Notes under the pieces: generated by a model
Told to the model about the DNA's origin: nothing
Seen by the model: the letters and a program-made list of their open reading frames with translations, nothing else
Databases searched by the model: none
NCBI GenBank assembly: GCA_965214605.1
Contig: OZ243961.1
Location: 553,917-617,916 of the forward strand
Source: an uncultured Candidatus Binatia bacterium
GTDB lineage: Bacteria > Desulfobacterota > Binatia > Bin18
Reading direction: 5' to 3'
DNA: 64,000 bases
Position numbers and translations under genes: made by a program
Shown here: positions 21,408 to 31,404 of the stretch, in pieces
Layout: every line of letters starts with the position of its first letter
Numbering within the stretch: position 1 is the first letter of the stretch

Positions 21408-23159
21408 TTAGCCATCCGCTTGCAGACCTTCCTCTCGCAGGGTTGTTCGGGTTTGACTCGGCAGGGCCGCCACGTCCGTATAGCGGCCTTTCCACCTCAC
21501 CCGTCCGCGGTCCAAAACGAGCACCGGCTCACCCCGGTGTAAGGAGGATAGACGATGGGTGATACAGATGAGGGTGCGGTCTGACATAAACGCCTCTAAG
21601 GTCTCCCGTACCTCGGCCTCAGCGCTTACATCAAGACCGGACAGAGCTTCGTCCAGAACGAGCACCGTTGGCCGTTTGAGTACCGCCCGGGCCAGACCGA
21701 TGCGCTGTCTTTGTCCGGCCGACAGTCGAGTTCCACGCTCACCAACCGCAGTCTGGTAGCCGTCGGGCAGGGAGACAATGAACTCGTGTAGGCCGAGCAT
21801 AGTCGCGGCATCAACCACGTCTTTCTCCGATGCCTCGGGAGTAGCGTAACGCAAATTGTCTAGCAGCGAAGCATTAAATAACACTGGCTCGTGGTCAACC
21901 ACCAGAATATGTTTGCGCAGCCAGGAGACCTCACACGCCGACAGCGGCTGGCCGTCGAGCAGGATGGTCCCAGCCTGCGGCTCGTATAAGCGCACCAGCA
22001 GGTCGGCCAGGGTCGATTTACCGCTCCCGCTCGGCCCCAGCAGGGTGAGGCGTCCACCGGCTGGGATATGAAAACTGACCTGGTCTAAGACCGGCTCAGA
22101 CAGATTGTAGGCAAACGAGACCCTTCGAAACTCGACCTCTCCCCGCAGCCCGGCGAGCCGCTTGCCGTGTCCAAGCCGCTCGACCTGGTCGACATCCAAG
22201 AACTCAAAAATCCGATCAATCGACACCCCGGTCCGTTCAATCCGTAGATATAAATCCATTAACATCTGGAGCGGACTAAAGGCCCGAGTTTGGTAGGCCG
22301 AGAAGGCGACCAGCCCGCCGATACTCAGCTGCCCATCAATCACCAGGTAGCCGCCATATAAGGTGGTCAACGCACCGCCGAGAAACGTGGTAGCGGTCGA
22401 GGCACTGCTGGCAGCATAGCCCAGCATTTCGTAGCGCGTCACCATACTCACAAATTGTCTACCTAGTGCGCCCAACCGCCCGAGCTGCACCTGCTCGACC
22501 CCGAACAGTTTGATAAAGCGTACCGCGGACAGCGATTCGATCAGAAAGGAAGAGAGCCGGGCGTTCAGCTCCCGCACTCGCCGCGTCTCATCGACTAGCC
22601 GGGGGCGAACCTTGTTGACGCCGTACAGCTGTAGCGGCACAACTAGCAGGGCGACCACACACAGCTTCCAGTTCAGCCACACCAAAAAGCCCATGGTTGC
22701 GATCAGGACAAACACGTTCGACACAAAAGTAAAGGCCGCGTCGGTCAGCACCGCCTGGACTTCGGCAATGTCGGTGTTGAGCCGCGACAGCAGGTCACCG
22801 ACCCGATTATGGGTATGAAAACGCAGCGACAGCGCCTGGAGATGGGCAAACACATGCTGACGTAGGGAGAACAGAATATGGGCGGTTATTTGGGTGTAAT
22901 AGTAGCGGTTACAAGCCCCGATCACATAGCCGGCGGCCGTCACCAAGACCATCACTCCGCTCAACACAAACAGCAAGTGCAGATTCTTGGCTAGCAGCAC
23001 GTCGTCAATCAGAATCTTGGTAAAAATTGGCCACAGCAGACCTAGAACAGTTCCAAACAGAGACAGTCCAAAGACCATAATGAGACGCCGGACAAACGGC
23101 GTGACAAAGGGCAGCAGACGGCGGAAGCGTGATAGGGAAGTGACGACGGACGGTCTCAT
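21408..23159 (-). CDS. qhpF: ABC transporter permease/ATP-binding fusion (exporter type, QhpF-like)
   Basis: 6-TM N-domain; Walker A GPSGSGKST, signature LSAGQRQRIGLARA, Walker B LVLDEALSGLD. Confidence 0.8.
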   Translation of the reverse strand: MRPSVVTSLSRFRRLLPFVTPFVRRLIMVFGLSLFGTVLGLLWPIFTKILIDDVLLAKNLHLLFVLSGVMVLVTAAGYVIGACNRYYYTQITAHILFSLRQHVFAHLQALSLRFHTHNRVGDLLSRLNTDIAEVQAVLTDAAFTFVSNVFVLIATMGFLVWLNWKLCVVALLVVPLQLYGVNKVRPRLVDETRRVRELNARLSSFLIESLSAVRFIKLFGVEQVQLGRLGALGRQFVSMVTRYEMLGYAASSASTATTFLGGALTTLYGGYLVIDGQLSIGGLVAFSAYQTRAFSPLQMLMDLYLRIERTGVSIDRIFEFLDVDQVERLGHGKRLAGLRGEVEFRRVSFAYNLSEPVLDQVSFHIPAGGRLTLLGPSGSGKSTLADLLVRLYEPQAGTILLDGQPLSACEVSWLRKHILVVDHEPVLFNASLLDNLRYATPEASEKDVVDAATMLGLHEFIVSLPDGYQTAVGERGTRLSAGQRQRIGLARAVLKRPTVLVLDEALSGLDVSAEAEVRETLEAFMSDRTLICITHRLSSLHRGEPVLVLDRGRVRWKGRYTDVAALPSQTRTTLREEGLQADG

Positions 23160-23289
23160 AGGCGATCCAGCGCTGGACTACGGGGCATATCCGCCCGTCC
23201 TCGCCTCTGGTAGGATCGGGGGGCGCTTGCCCTGTGGCTTTTCTTAGCCGATCGTAGGCCAGTCTACCAGGGGAAGAGACCTTAAATAG

Positions 23290-24834
23290 GTGCGAGCCAT
23301 GGCTCAAACGGAGGAGTTTGCTGGGCTGCCGACGCACAGCGATGTTATCGTGGCCGGCGGCGGACCGGCCGGAGCGACGATCGCCCGCCTGTTATCGGGC
23401 TATGGCCTGCGGGTTGTGGTGCTGGAAAGACACACGTTGCCCCGTTATCAGATCGGCGAATCGCTTACCCCGCGTATTCTGCCCATTTTTGACTTTCTCA
23501 ACATTCGTGCCGAGGTTGAGCGGGCCGGCTTTTTGCCCATTGCCGGCCACACGGTGTGCTGGGGGGAGGCTCAGCCACGCACGACGTATTACAGCCCGGA
23601 CCATAGCCGGCGCGGCTTGCAGGTCTGGCGAGCGGATTTTGATGTCCTGCTCCTAGATCAGGCCCGGCAGGCCGGGGTGCAGGTCTTTGAAGGCCAGGCG
23701 GTTGAGGCGGTCAGCCTGGCCCAGGACAGCGCCGCGGTGCAGGTGCGGACCGCGTCCCAACACCGCATCATGGCAGACTTCTTTATTGACGCGACCGGTC
23801 GCAGCGGGCTGCTGGCACGCCAAGGCTTACGCCGGCGTAATCGTCGCTTTCAGACCCTGGCCCTGACCGCCTATTGGCAAAACGTGGCCGAGCCCGCAGG
23901 CATTGATCGCGGCAACACGCTGATTGAAGCCTACGCCAACGGCATGGTGTGGTCTCTAGCCTTGCATACTGGGCTGAGGAACGTCACGCTGCTGGTCGAC
24001 TGGCGGGCGGGGTCTGACATCCGACGGACTAGCGTGGCCGATTGCTACTACGCGGAGCTTGGGAAAGCCCCCTACATCTCCGGCCTGTTGGCAGGGGCCC
24101 AGATTGCCACCCCACCCCGTGCCACCGACGCCACCCTGTACACCGCGACGCAGTTTGGTGACCCTCGCTTTTTACTCGTGGGAGATGCCGGGCTGTTTAT
24201 CGATCCGCTGTCCTCTGAAGGTGTCCACAAAGCCATGGCCTCAGCCATGACCGGGGCGGTGGTGGCCAACACTCTTCTTCGGCGACCGGCCATGCGGTCC
24301 CATGCGCTCAGCTTTTACGAACGGCGTCAGCGCCAAACCTATATCTCGCACTACCATCAGTCGCTCGCCTATTATCGGCAGGAACAACGCTGGCCCAAGT
24401 CTGCCTTTTGGCGCGCCCGAGCGAGCGAAACTCCCGCCCAGGAGTTCTCGTCCCCTCCACCTGTCTCCCGTCCCCCCGCCTCCCGCAAACTGTCGCACCT
24501 CCAATGGGCACCCGGCGTGTCTGTCCAGCAGCGACCAACAATCGCGGGGACCTATGTCAGCCTGCAGGACACGGTTATCGCCCCCCACTATCCCGATGGC
24601 GTCCGCTTTCTGGATCGGTTATGCCTGCCGACCGTACTCAAAATCATGGCCCAACAGCCCGCTATCGGCGATATTATCTCCGCCTATCTGCACCATCCGG
24701 ATGGACGGGGCTGTCCGCCCGAAGCGGTTCGACAGGGTTTAGCCCGCTGCTTTCAGGAAGGGATTGTGGTCGAGGCGGGGCACGCGGCGGTTCAGCGGGC
24801 TTCGGTCGATGCTTCGGCATTCACCAAACGATAA
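23290..24834 (+). CDS. qhpG: FAD-dependent monooxygenase (QhpG-type)
   Basis: N-terminal FAD dinucleotide motif IVAGGGPAGATIARLL...VLERH; GD motif LVGDAGLFIDPLSSEG. Confidence 0.7.
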   Translation: MRAMAQTEEFAGLPTHSDVIVAGGGPAGATIARLLSGYGLRVVVLERHTLPRYQIGESLTPRILPIFDFLNIRAEVERAGFLPIAGHTVCWGEAQPRTTYYSPDHSRRGLQVWRADFDVLLLDQARQAGVQVFEGQAVEAVSLAQDSAAVQVRTASQHRIMADFFIDATGRSGLLARQGLRRRNRRFQTLALTAYWQNVAEPAGIDRGNTLIEAYANGMVWSLALHTGLRNVTLLVDWRAGSDIRRTSVADCYYAELGKAPYISGLLAGAQIATPPRATDATLYTATQFGDPRFLLVGDAGLFIDPLSSEGVHKAMASAMTGAVVANTLLRRPAMRSHALSFYERRQRQTYISHYHQSLAYYRQEQRWPKSAFWRARASETPAQEFSSPPPVSRPPASRKLSHLQWAPGVSVQQRPTIAGTYVSLQDTVIAPHYPDGVRFLDRLCLPTVLKIMAQQPAIGDIISAYLHHPDGRGCPPEAVRQGLARCFQEGIVVEAGHAAVQRASVDASAFTKR

Positions 24835-25352
24835 TCGCGGACCAAATCGTCCAACAGCACGCCCAAGGCGTCTTCAACGCTGTGGACAAAACTGTTCCGC
24901 AAGGTCAGGGCTAGTTTTCCCTCGGCCCAGGTTGGCGCCAGCATCGTCATCTGCTCGGTCCGGGTCAGGCGGACAATCTGGCGGACTTCCACATCTAGAC
25001 AGTAGGCCAATACCCTGCTCGAATGCTCAACACTGTGCAGTGACACGACCAGCACGGTCGGAAAATCACCTACCTGAAAAGCCGCCCGACGCAGCCGCTT
25101 GTTGGCGACGCCTCGGAGTCGGACACGGTCCATGCCCAGGGCGCGGGCCGTCCGACTCACCGAGCCGATCTCAAGCTGAAAGCCCCTCACGCCATACAGG
25201 GTTGTTGCGTCCGCCCCGGCGTTCAGTCCCAGGGCCGGGGACAGCACCAGCAGCAGGCTTAGTCCCAGACCCAGCACCCACAGGCCCGCCCGGTCAGGAT
25301 GGGCGGGTTCCGAGTGCGCTTCCTCAGATCGCTTCGCTCCACCCTTTTCCAT
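24792..25352 (-). CDS. hypothetical membrane-anchored protein (weak MlaD/MCE-like resemblance)
   Basis: N-terminal TM helix then ~140 aa soluble domain; no confident family assignment. Confidence 0.3.
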   Translation of the reverse strand: MEKGGAKRSEEAHSEPAHPDRAGLWVLGLGLSLLLVLSPALGLNAGADATTLYGVRGFQLEIGSVSRTARALGMDRVRLRGVANKRLRRAAFQVGDFPTVLVVSLHSVEHSSRVLAYCLDVEVRQIVRLTRTEQMTMLAPTWAEGKLALTLRNSFVHSVEDALGVLLDDLVRDYRLVNAEASTEAR

Positions 25353-25373
25353 ACTCGGCCCTCGGCCACGTCC

Positions 25374-25823
25374 TCATCTCTGTCCCCCCTGTTCCTTCTC
25401 ATACTGCAGTCGGACCGCCTTCTCAATCAAACCGAACAGCCGGTCTTGTTTTTCAGCGGAGAGAGAATGGATCGATTTTTGGATTAATTCAGCGCTCTGC
25501 TGCAAATCGCGCGCGCTCGCCTCAGCCCCTTTTTGGGAGAGAACGACAAAGGCATGGCGCTCGTGTTCGGGCAACCCCTGCAGGGCCTCGTCGTACAAAC
25601 GAGCCATCTCTTGTTGTTCGGGTGGGGACAGCAGCTGGCGGCCGAGGCGGGACAGCTCAATGCCCCGGCGGGCGGCGGGCACGCCGGGTTCTTCCAGGAT
25701 CTTGCGCCAGCCCTCTCTGGGGACCGGGCGAGAGTTCCAGGCAAAAATTATCAAGACGCTCGCCACGGCCACAAAAGCCAACACTAACCAAGAGCCGCGT
25801 TTGGATGCAGACGTGCCTGCCAT
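25374..25823 (-). CDS. hypothetical membrane-anchored protein
   Basis: single N-terminal TM (WLVLAFVAVASVLIIFAW) followed by helical soluble region. Confidence 0.35.
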   Translation of the reverse strand: MAGTSASKRGSWLVLAFVAVASVLIIFAWNSRPVPREGWRKILEEPGVPAARRGIELSRLGRQLLSPPEQQEMARLYDEALQGLPEHERHAFVVLSQKGAEASARDLQQSAELIQKSIHSLSAEKQDRLFGLIEKAVRLQYEKEQGGQR

Positions 25824-25903
25824 GACTGTTCATTAAAGGACTTTCAGCCGACCGACAAGGGCGGCTGGCCGTTCCCGAACACCCAGGCTATGCTCTCAAC
25901 ACC

Positions 25904-26524
25904 ATGACCAACCACAATGCCGATCAGCCTATTGCGCTGCCCAAGTTGCTCGGACGGGTTGGTATTTTAGGCGGGACAGAGCAGGACAAGACAAATCTGT
26001 GCCTCGCTCTGGCCCACCAGCACGCCCAGCAACACCGTCCGGTTGTATGTGTCGATGCCCGACGGTACAGGGCCACGGAAATCCAGTTTCGCCTCCTGAT
26101 GCGAGACAAGGCTTGCTATCTTCCCCTCGCCTCTCCAACCCAGCTGCCTCAAGAGGTGCTACGCAGCGTTCTGGGCGCGGTTGCTCAAGGCTTGCGACAC
26201 GGACAGCCCCCTCCCTCCCCCGCCCTCATCCTGATCGATGGTGTAGACGCCGGGGACGGCTGGGAGCGCAGCCTGGCTTTTGTTCTCAGGGCCGGAGCAA
26301 TTGTGGTGTCGTTTCTGAACTCGGCCCTAAAGGCCACCCTTGGTCGCTATGACACGCTCCTTGTCCTGCGCACAGAAGCAGAAGCTGAGGCGGTCAGCCG
26401 GGCGGTAGGTCGCAAAGTGAGCCCAGAGGCAATTGTCAGCCTGCCGTCGGGCCAGGCGTGGCTGATCCATTTGACGCGGGCCTATCGGGTCAGGCTGCCG
26501 GCCGGGCTGATGGACGAAGCCTGA
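25904..26524 (+). CDS. hypothetical protein
   Basis: 206 aa ORF with codon usage like neighbours; degenerate P-loop-like GILGGTEQDKT. Confidence 0.35.
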   Translation: MTNHNADQPIALPKLLGRVGILGGTEQDKTNLCLALAHQHAQQHRPVVCVDARRYRATEIQFRLLMRDKACYLPLASPTQLPQEVLRSVLGAVAQGLRHGQPPPSPALILIDGVDAGDGWERSLAFVLRAGAIVVSFLNSALKATLGRYDTLLVLRTEAEAEAVSRAVGRKVSPEAIVSLPSGQAWLIHLTRAYRVRLPAGLMDEA

Positions 26525-26593
26525 ACCGGGGCCTTTTCCGTTGACAAGGGTGCGCAGAGCAGGGAATAATTCTGAGGGGCAGGGAGCGAGCAT

Positions 26594-27577
26594 ATGCGCA
26601 TTGTCATACTCGGAGCAGGCGGTGTGGGTTCAGTTATCGGCGGCTATTTGGCCCGTAACGGGGCCGATGTCATTATGCTTGCCCGGCCGGGCCATGCGGC
26701 GGCGGTGCAACAGCACGGCTTGCAGGTCAGCGGCCTCGTCAACTTTCGGACTCCGGTCGCCAGCTTTGCCCAGGCCAAGCATATTCAGGAAGCCGATATC
26801 CTTCTCATTACGGTGAAAACCAAGGATATGCAGTCGGCCCTCGCCGGGGTTGCCCATATGCAGATTGGTGGAGCTGCCTCGCTCCAAAACGGCATGATCA
26901 AAAACGACCAGATTGCCCAGGTGTTCGGTCAGGAAAAAGTCATTGGAGCAACCACCATGCTTGGAGCGGCTCTGCGCCGAGACGGTGAGGTCGAATACAC
27001 CCTGGACGGTATCACCTTTTTTGGTGAACTCGACGGGCGCCTCTCAGACCGGGTCAACACGATTGTCCGGGCTTTTGTGGACGCCGAGCTTAAAGCCGGC
27101 GGAGTCACCGACATCATTGCCGTTGAGTGGACCAAACAAGCCTTTCAGAATCCGTTCGCCACGATTTCAGCCATGACCCGCCTGCCCATGCATCGGGTGT
27201 GGGCCAGCCCACAGCTGGCGACGCTGTCGGTCCACATGTTTCGCGAGGTTGCCGCGATTGCCAAGGCCAAGGACGTTGTCCTGTCCGAACAGCCGAGCTG
27301 GAGCCTGTTTAACCTTGAGGTCATGTGTCACGCTCCGTTTGACGAGGCCGTCAAACGGCTGGTCGAGGTCGGCAGGGGGATTGAGGCCGGCGGCCGGACC
27401 CGCATTATTCCGTCCATGCTCCAAGATGTCCGGGCCGGCAAAAAAACCGAGATTGATGAAACCGTCGGCTATGTGTACCAAGAAGGCCGGCGGCTCGGCA
27501 TCCCGGTCCCCTACACCGAGTTCGCCTATCGCAGCGTCAAGGCGATCGAAGAGAATTTTGACGCCCAGGTCGGCTGA
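26594..27577 (+). CDS. panE: 2-dehydropantoate 2-reductase
   Basis: MRIVILGAGGVGSVIGGYLARNGADV Rossmann N-terminus; ApbA/PanE C-domain. Confidence 0.8.
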   Translation: MRIVILGAGGVGSVIGGYLARNGADVIMLARPGHAAAVQQHGLQVSGLVNFRTPVASFAQAKHIQEADILLITVKTKDMQSALAGVAHMQIGGAASLQNGMIKNDQIAQVFGQEKVIGATTMLGAALRRDGEVEYTLDGITFFGELDGRLSDRVNTIVRAFVDAELKAGGVTDIIAVEWTKQAFQNPFATISAMTRLPMHRVWASPQLATLSVHMFREVAAIAKAKDVVLSEQPSWSLFNLEVMCHAPFDEAVKRLVEVGRGIEAGGRTRIIPSMLQDVRAGKKTEIDETVGYVYQEGRRLGIPVPYTEFAYRSVKAIEENFDAQVG

Positions 27578-27583
27578 GACGCT

Positions 27584-28840
27584 CTATGCCTGGTCTGGAA
27601 TCCGCAGAGTCCTGCCAATTCGCAGCCGCGAGTTGCCCAGTTGATTGATCTGCATCAGCGCCCGGACCGAGGTTCCATAGCGGCGAGCGAGGTGTGACAG
27701 AGTATCGCCCCGGCGGATGGTATGCAGACGCGGCTGCCGGACCACGCGCGGCTGCGTCCGGTGGTCTGGAATCCAGAGTTCCTGGCCAACCGCAATGCGC
27801 GAGGTACGCAGTCCATTGGTCCGCATCAGCGTTCGGACCGAGGTGTCGTAGCGGCGGGCGAGATGGCTCAAGGTGTCTCCAGCCCGGACCGTATAGAGTC
27901 GGCTCTTGGCCGAGTCCGCGTTCGGCCTAGGAGCAGATCGGGACCGGGAAGGCGTCCGCGCGGCAAGCTGAACGGGCGACCCCGGAGAGGAGTTCGACGG
28001 TAAAGGGATGCTGAGCCGGTGACCCGCGACAAGTTGCTGCAAATACCACAGGTCGTTGTCCTGACGCAGAGCGTCACGATCAACGCCAAAAGCGCGGGCC
28101 AGATTCAGGGTCGAGTCGCCAATCCGTGAGGTATAGGACAGCGTTGTCCCGTCCAGCTCAAAAACGGCCGGCGAATACGGATCGGGAGAGGCAAGCAGCA
28201 TACCGGCGTGCAGCTGATGGGCGGCAAGTACGGGGTTGTACAGGCGCAGCAGGATCTCTGGGACGCCTGTTGTGCGTGCTGCCGAGGGCCAGTCCTCACC
28301 CGGCCGCACCCGCCGCAGTCGCAGACGTTCGGCCTGACGCCGGATTGCGGGTTCATGCAGGCGCAACACCGATTTATACTGCTCAATCTGTATTACATCA
28401 TGGAGGACGGATAGCGGCAGAGCTGGCCGAGAGGTGAGTACCTGAGGGCCGCCGACATAGGCAGCCAACACATAGTCGTGGCGCTTCAAGCGCTCGGTAA
28501 GCTCGGCAAACCTCCGTATTCCGACTTCAAGATTGGCCTCGGCAGTATTTGCAGTTGCCTCCTCGGGGCCAGTCCGTAAATAGACGTTGCGCTGCAGTTC
28601 GCCCGAGGCGGACACAAAAGAGTCATTCCCTCCAGACTGGTACAGCATCAACGCCCGGGCCAGACGCGGATCAACCCCGTAACGGTCCGCAGCATTAAAC
28701 AGCAGGGCCTCAATCTGCATGCTTTTGCGGTACATACCGACAAAAGACGGGGACAGATCAGGTTTGGCCGACACCGCCTGAGTCCATAGCAACACGGCCA
28801 TGCTCAAAATAAGCTGGCTTCCTAGGCTGCGCTTGCCCAT
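27584..28840 (-). CDS. lytic transglycosylase-like protein with two C-terminal LysM domains
   Basis: signal peptide; SLT-like block; two LysM repeats (YTVRAGDTLSHLARRY... and HTIRRGDTLSHLARRY...). Confidence 0.65.
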   Translation of the reverse strand: MGKRSLGSQLILSMAVLLWTQAVSAKPDLSPSFVGMYRKSMQIEALLFNAADRYGVDPRLARALMLYQSGGNDSFVSASGELQRNVYLRTGPEEATANTAEANLEVGIRRFAELTERLKRHDYVLAAYVGGPQVLTSRPALPLSVLHDVIQIEQYKSVLRLHEPAIRRQAERLRLRRVRPGEDWPSAARTTGVPEILLRLYNPVLAAHQLHAGMLLASPDPYSPAVFELDGTTLSYTSRIGDSTLNLARAFGVDRDALRQDNDLWYLQQLVAGHRLSIPLPSNSSPGSPVQLAARTPSRSRSAPRPNADSAKSRLYTVRAGDTLSHLARRYDTSVRTLMRTNGLRTSRIAVGQELWIPDHRTQPRVVRQPRLHTIRRGDTLSHLARRYGTSVRALMQINQLGNSRLRIGRTLRIPDQA

Positions 28841-29085
28841 TGTCCACCTTTCCTCTCCTCAACAGCTTACGAGCTAGCGTCTGCAAAAACCCTCTGCAAA
28901 AGCTTCAATTGTCGAACTGGGGACTCCTATTATTGCTGTCAAAAGCACAGATCTCAAGCCGGACGAAGAATTTTCTTGCTCCTGCCCTTGGTCAGGTTCC
29001 ATCCACCGCCCCCCGCCATTGAGAAACCCAACTATTTTGCCTATGGTGTGCTAAAGCTGCGTCAACGCCTGTGCGAGGAGGGACA

Positions 29086-29187
29086 ATGGACAGGAGTCAA
29101 GGACAGGGACCGGCCTGGATTGTGTTTTTAGTCTGGATGCTCATTCCGCTCTTGGTTTTCTTTTTGATCGTTACGTTTACCGGCTAA
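29086..29187 (+). CDS. small hydrophobic peptide (33 aa)
   Basis: MDRSQGQGPAWIVFLVWMLIPLLVFFLIVTFTG; strong Shine-Dalgarno GAGGAGGG 5 nt upstream; below the ORF-track size cutoff. Confidence 0.3.
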   Translation: MDRSQGQGPAWIVFLVWMLIPLLVFFLIVTFTG

Positions 29188-29206
29188 GCCGGTTTCAGTA
29201 AGGAAA

Positions 29207-30238
29207 GTGGCTATGAAAACAGGCCGGTTCGTCGCTGGAGCCGTGCTCGGTTGGTTGCTGGGCTTCCCCTTCCTGGTGTTTTGCCAACAGACCGAGCCGG
29301 TCGCAAAAGCCAACGCTGTTCTGGCCACAATCGAAGGCTATTCCATCACCCAATCCGATATTGAGGAACGTACCAAGAGCGACATGCTCCGCCTCAATAA
29401 TCAGATTTACGCGGTCAAGAAACGGGCCGTTAACGCCCTGATTGATGAGCGACTGATGGAGATCGAAGCCGGCAAACATGGCCTCTCGCTCCAGGAGCTG
29501 TTAGAGCGCGAGGTCACAGACAAGGCGAAGGCGGTCACTGAAGAAGAAATCGAGGCATTCTACAAGGCCAACAAAACTCGTCTGGGCAATAAGCCACTGG
29601 ACGAGCTGAGAGACCGTATTGCCCGGCAGTTGCAGGGGGCCGCCCAGCGCGGGCGTCGACAGGCGTTCGTTCAGGAGTTGCGTAAAGCGGCCGCCATCAC
29701 CATGAACCTCAAGCCGCCAATTGTTGAGGTGGCAATTGATGGTGCCCCGACCCTGGGTCCGGCCGAGGCTCCGGTCACCGTGGTCGAGTTTGGCGACTAC
29801 GAATGCCCATACTGCGCCCGAGTTCAGCCCACCCTTCATAAAATCCGAGAGACCTATAAAGGTCAGGTCAAGTTCGTGTTTAAAGACTTCCCGCTATCCA
29901 TTCACCCCCAAGCCCAAAAAGCGGCCGAAGCAGCCCGGTGTGCGGGACAGCAGGACAAGTACTGGGACTATCACGACGTGTTGTTCCGTAATACCAAGGC
30001 CCTGCAAGTTGACAAGCTCAAACAATACGCGGCCGACCTGCAGCTCGACACGACGCGCTTCGACACCTGTTTGGACAGTGGCCAACAGGCGGACGCAGTC
30101 CGCAGGGATCTCGCCCAGGGCTCACAGCTTGGGGTCAGCGGAACCCCCACCTTTTTTATCAACGGCCGCTTTTTTTCCGGGGCACGACAGTTATCGGCCT
30201 TTCAGACAGTGATTGATGAGGTGCTAGCCGCAGACTGA
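29207..30238 (+). CDS. periplasmic thiol:disulfide oxidoreductase, DsbA-family thioredoxin domain with N-terminal helical (SurA-N-like) region
   Basis: signal peptide; VVEFGDYECPYCARV CxxC active site. Confidence 0.75.
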   Translation: MAMKTGRFVAGAVLGWLLGFPFLVFCQQTEPVAKANAVLATIEGYSITQSDIEERTKSDMLRLNNQIYAVKKRAVNALIDERLMEIEAGKHGLSLQELLEREVTDKAKAVTEEEIEAFYKANKTRLGNKPLDELRDRIARQLQGAAQRGRRQAFVQELRKAAAITMNLKPPIVEVAIDGAPTLGPAEAPVTVVEFGDYECPYCARVQPTLHKIRETYKGQVKFVFKDFPLSIHPQAQKAAEAARCAGQQDKYWDYHDVLFRNTKALQVDKLKQYAADLQLDTTRFDTCLDSGQQADAVRRDLAQGSQLGVSGTPTFFINGRFFSGARQLSAFQTVIDEVLAAD

Positions 30239-30261
30239 GTGAGGGGCGGGGAAGCGGCTCA

Positions 30262-31326
30262 TCAGGTTTGCAGCGCAGGCATGACCTGCTCGACAAACCG
30301 CCGCATGCTAGCCAAAACCTGGTTGTGGGGCACCAAGCCGCCTGGGTTAAACCAGCAGATGAGCTGATCCATCTTACACTGCCGGTGGACGGCGCGGATC
30401 TTTTCGACGCACTGCTCGGGCGGACCGTACAGCGCCATAGTATCGTCGATCAGCTCCCAGGTCACGGACTTCTGTCTCTGTCGGACTTCCTGCAAATAGT
30501 CGTAGGATGCCGCCCGACTTTGACCCCGCTCCCCAAGCTCTGCCTGGGTCGTCACCGTCCGAAAATAGTGCATGATACTCGGCTCAACCTGTTGGCGTAC
30601 CTGCAGCTGGCTATCGGCAACATACACGGGAAACAGTACTGCGCTGTCGGCCCGCTTATCCCGATGGCCGGCAGCCCGAAACGCCTGGTGGTAGCCGCCT
30701 AGATGCTGGGCGAGTTTGGGCATGGGATTAATCGGAGAGGCAACAAAGACGGGATAGCCGCGCTGGCCGGCAAAGGCGGCTGTTTCTGGGCTATTGGCCG
30801 CAATCCGCAGCGGCGGGTGCGGTTTTTGGAGCGGCTTGGGCACGACCGAGGTAGAGGGAATCTGGAAATAGCGGCCCTCAAATGCACAGGTGTCCTGGCT
30901 CCAGGCTTGCTCGATAATGGTCAGGGCTTCTTCAAAACGCTCTCGGCTCTCGTCCCTTGACACTCCCAGCCCCTGAAAATGAATGGCGATTGTGCCGCGC
31001 CCCACCCCCAATTCAAGCCGTCCGTTGCTGAGGAGATCAACGGTCGCCGCGTCCTCGGCAGTCCGTAGCGGGTGCTGCAGTGACAGCAGTGCCACGGCCA
31101 ACCCCAAGCGAATGCGCCGCGTCCGCTCGGCCAGGGCCGCCGCAACGATTAATGGCGAGGGCATAATCGAAAACGGTCGGTTAAAGTGCAACTCAGCCAG
31201 CCAGGCCGTATCGAAACCTAGTTCATCCGCGTATTGGATCTGTTCGAGTGTCTCCTGGTATCGGCTGACCTCGTTTTGACCAGGAGCGCAGGGCAGCTGG
31301 TAAAAAAGACCGAATTTCATGGGCAA
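30262..31326 (-). CDS. LLM-class flavin-dependent oxidoreductase (paralog A)
   Basis: MKFGLFYQLP...ETLEQIQYADELGFDTAWLAELHF; ~70% identical to the 47419..48474 product. Confidence 0.75.
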   Translation of the reverse strand: MPMKFGLFYQLPCAPGQNEVSRYQETLEQIQYADELGFDTAWLAELHFNRPFSIMPSPLIVAAALAERTRRIRLGLAVALLSLQHPLRTAEDAATVDLLSNGRLELGVGRGTIAIHFQGLGVSRDESRERFEEALTIIEQAWSQDTCAFEGRYFQIPSTSVVPKPLQKPHPPLRIAANSPETAAFAGQRGYPVFVASPINPMPKLAQHLGGYHQAFRAAGHRDKRADSAVLFPVYVADSQLQVRQQVEPSIMHYFRTVTTQAELGERGQSRAASYDYLQEVRQRQKSVTWELIDDTMALYGPPEQCVEKIRAVHRQCKMDQLICWFNPGGLVPHNQVLASMRRFVEQVMPALQT

Positions 31327-31404
31327 GTCCTTCCGGGCGATGCACTGCGTTTCGGCGTACCCCTCTTGGCCACTCCAAAACGACTATGGTAATTACCTCA
31401 TACT

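Noticed and set aside
24764-25825. 353-aa plus-strand ORF overlapping two minus-strand membrane-protein genes
   Set aside because: Arg/Pro/Gly-rich low-complexity translation antisense to better ORFs. Likely spurious.
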